From a virus (taxonomy: Duplodnaviria; Caudoviricetes): DNA of 42,005 nucleotides. Under the pieces are notes generated by a model. It saw nothing but the letters and a program-made list of their open reading frames with translations, was not told the origin of the DNA and made no database searches. Below, in pieces: positions 41,930 to 42,005 of this stretch (within the stretch, counting starts at the first letter, position 1; every line of letters begins with the position of its first letter). A program made the translations under genes and the position numbers. The stretch covers positions 1 to 42,005 of IMG/VR virus record IMGVR_UViG_3300037478_000272; one strand, written 5' to 3'.

Positions 41930-42005
41930 GGTTATGCCCGGCCTGCCTTGGCCGCCTCGCACGAGAGATTCGGCGCGCATCGAACGCGCACCGCTGCTAT
42001 CACGG

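Noticed and set aside
41941-41958. Isolated GCCTGCC resembling the array delimiter near the window end
   Set aside because: Single copy with no sustained 5-nt phasing, expected by chance in high-GC DNA.

Overview
The window is most of the genome of a high-GC T7-like (Autographiviridae-type) podophage or prophage. Essentially all real genes are on the minus strand; the long plus-strand ORFs are antisense shadows. In transcription order (right to left): an early/replication region (SSB-like protein, ParB-N protein, SF2 helicase, Zn-finger/TOPRIM primase, excisionase-like HTH, ASCH-like protein, C5 DNA methyltransferase, DUF1643, many small ORFs), then a single-subunit T7-type RNA polymerase, portal, scaffold, an initiator-like tRNA-Met, major capsid, a lysis/membrane cluster, large signal-peptide proteins, two tail-adaptor paralogs, tail nozzle, three ejection proteins, and small and large terminase (cut by the window edge). 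The standout is a compact three-part locus inside the replication module: a stand-alone Cas7/RAMP-like gene (37223-37921), a ~440-bp non-coding array of strictly phased NN-GGY pentamers divided into 10 units by GGCAGGC (36774-37215), and a 166-aa partner gene (36247-36747). It looks like a minimal phage-encoded programmable RNA-guided system with a non-CRISPR guide code. Other notable signals: a parS palindrome, an ADP-ribosyltransferase-like domain inside the gp16-like ejection protein, and a probable CTG start for the portal. All protein calls come from motif recognition and synteny by eye; no searches were run.
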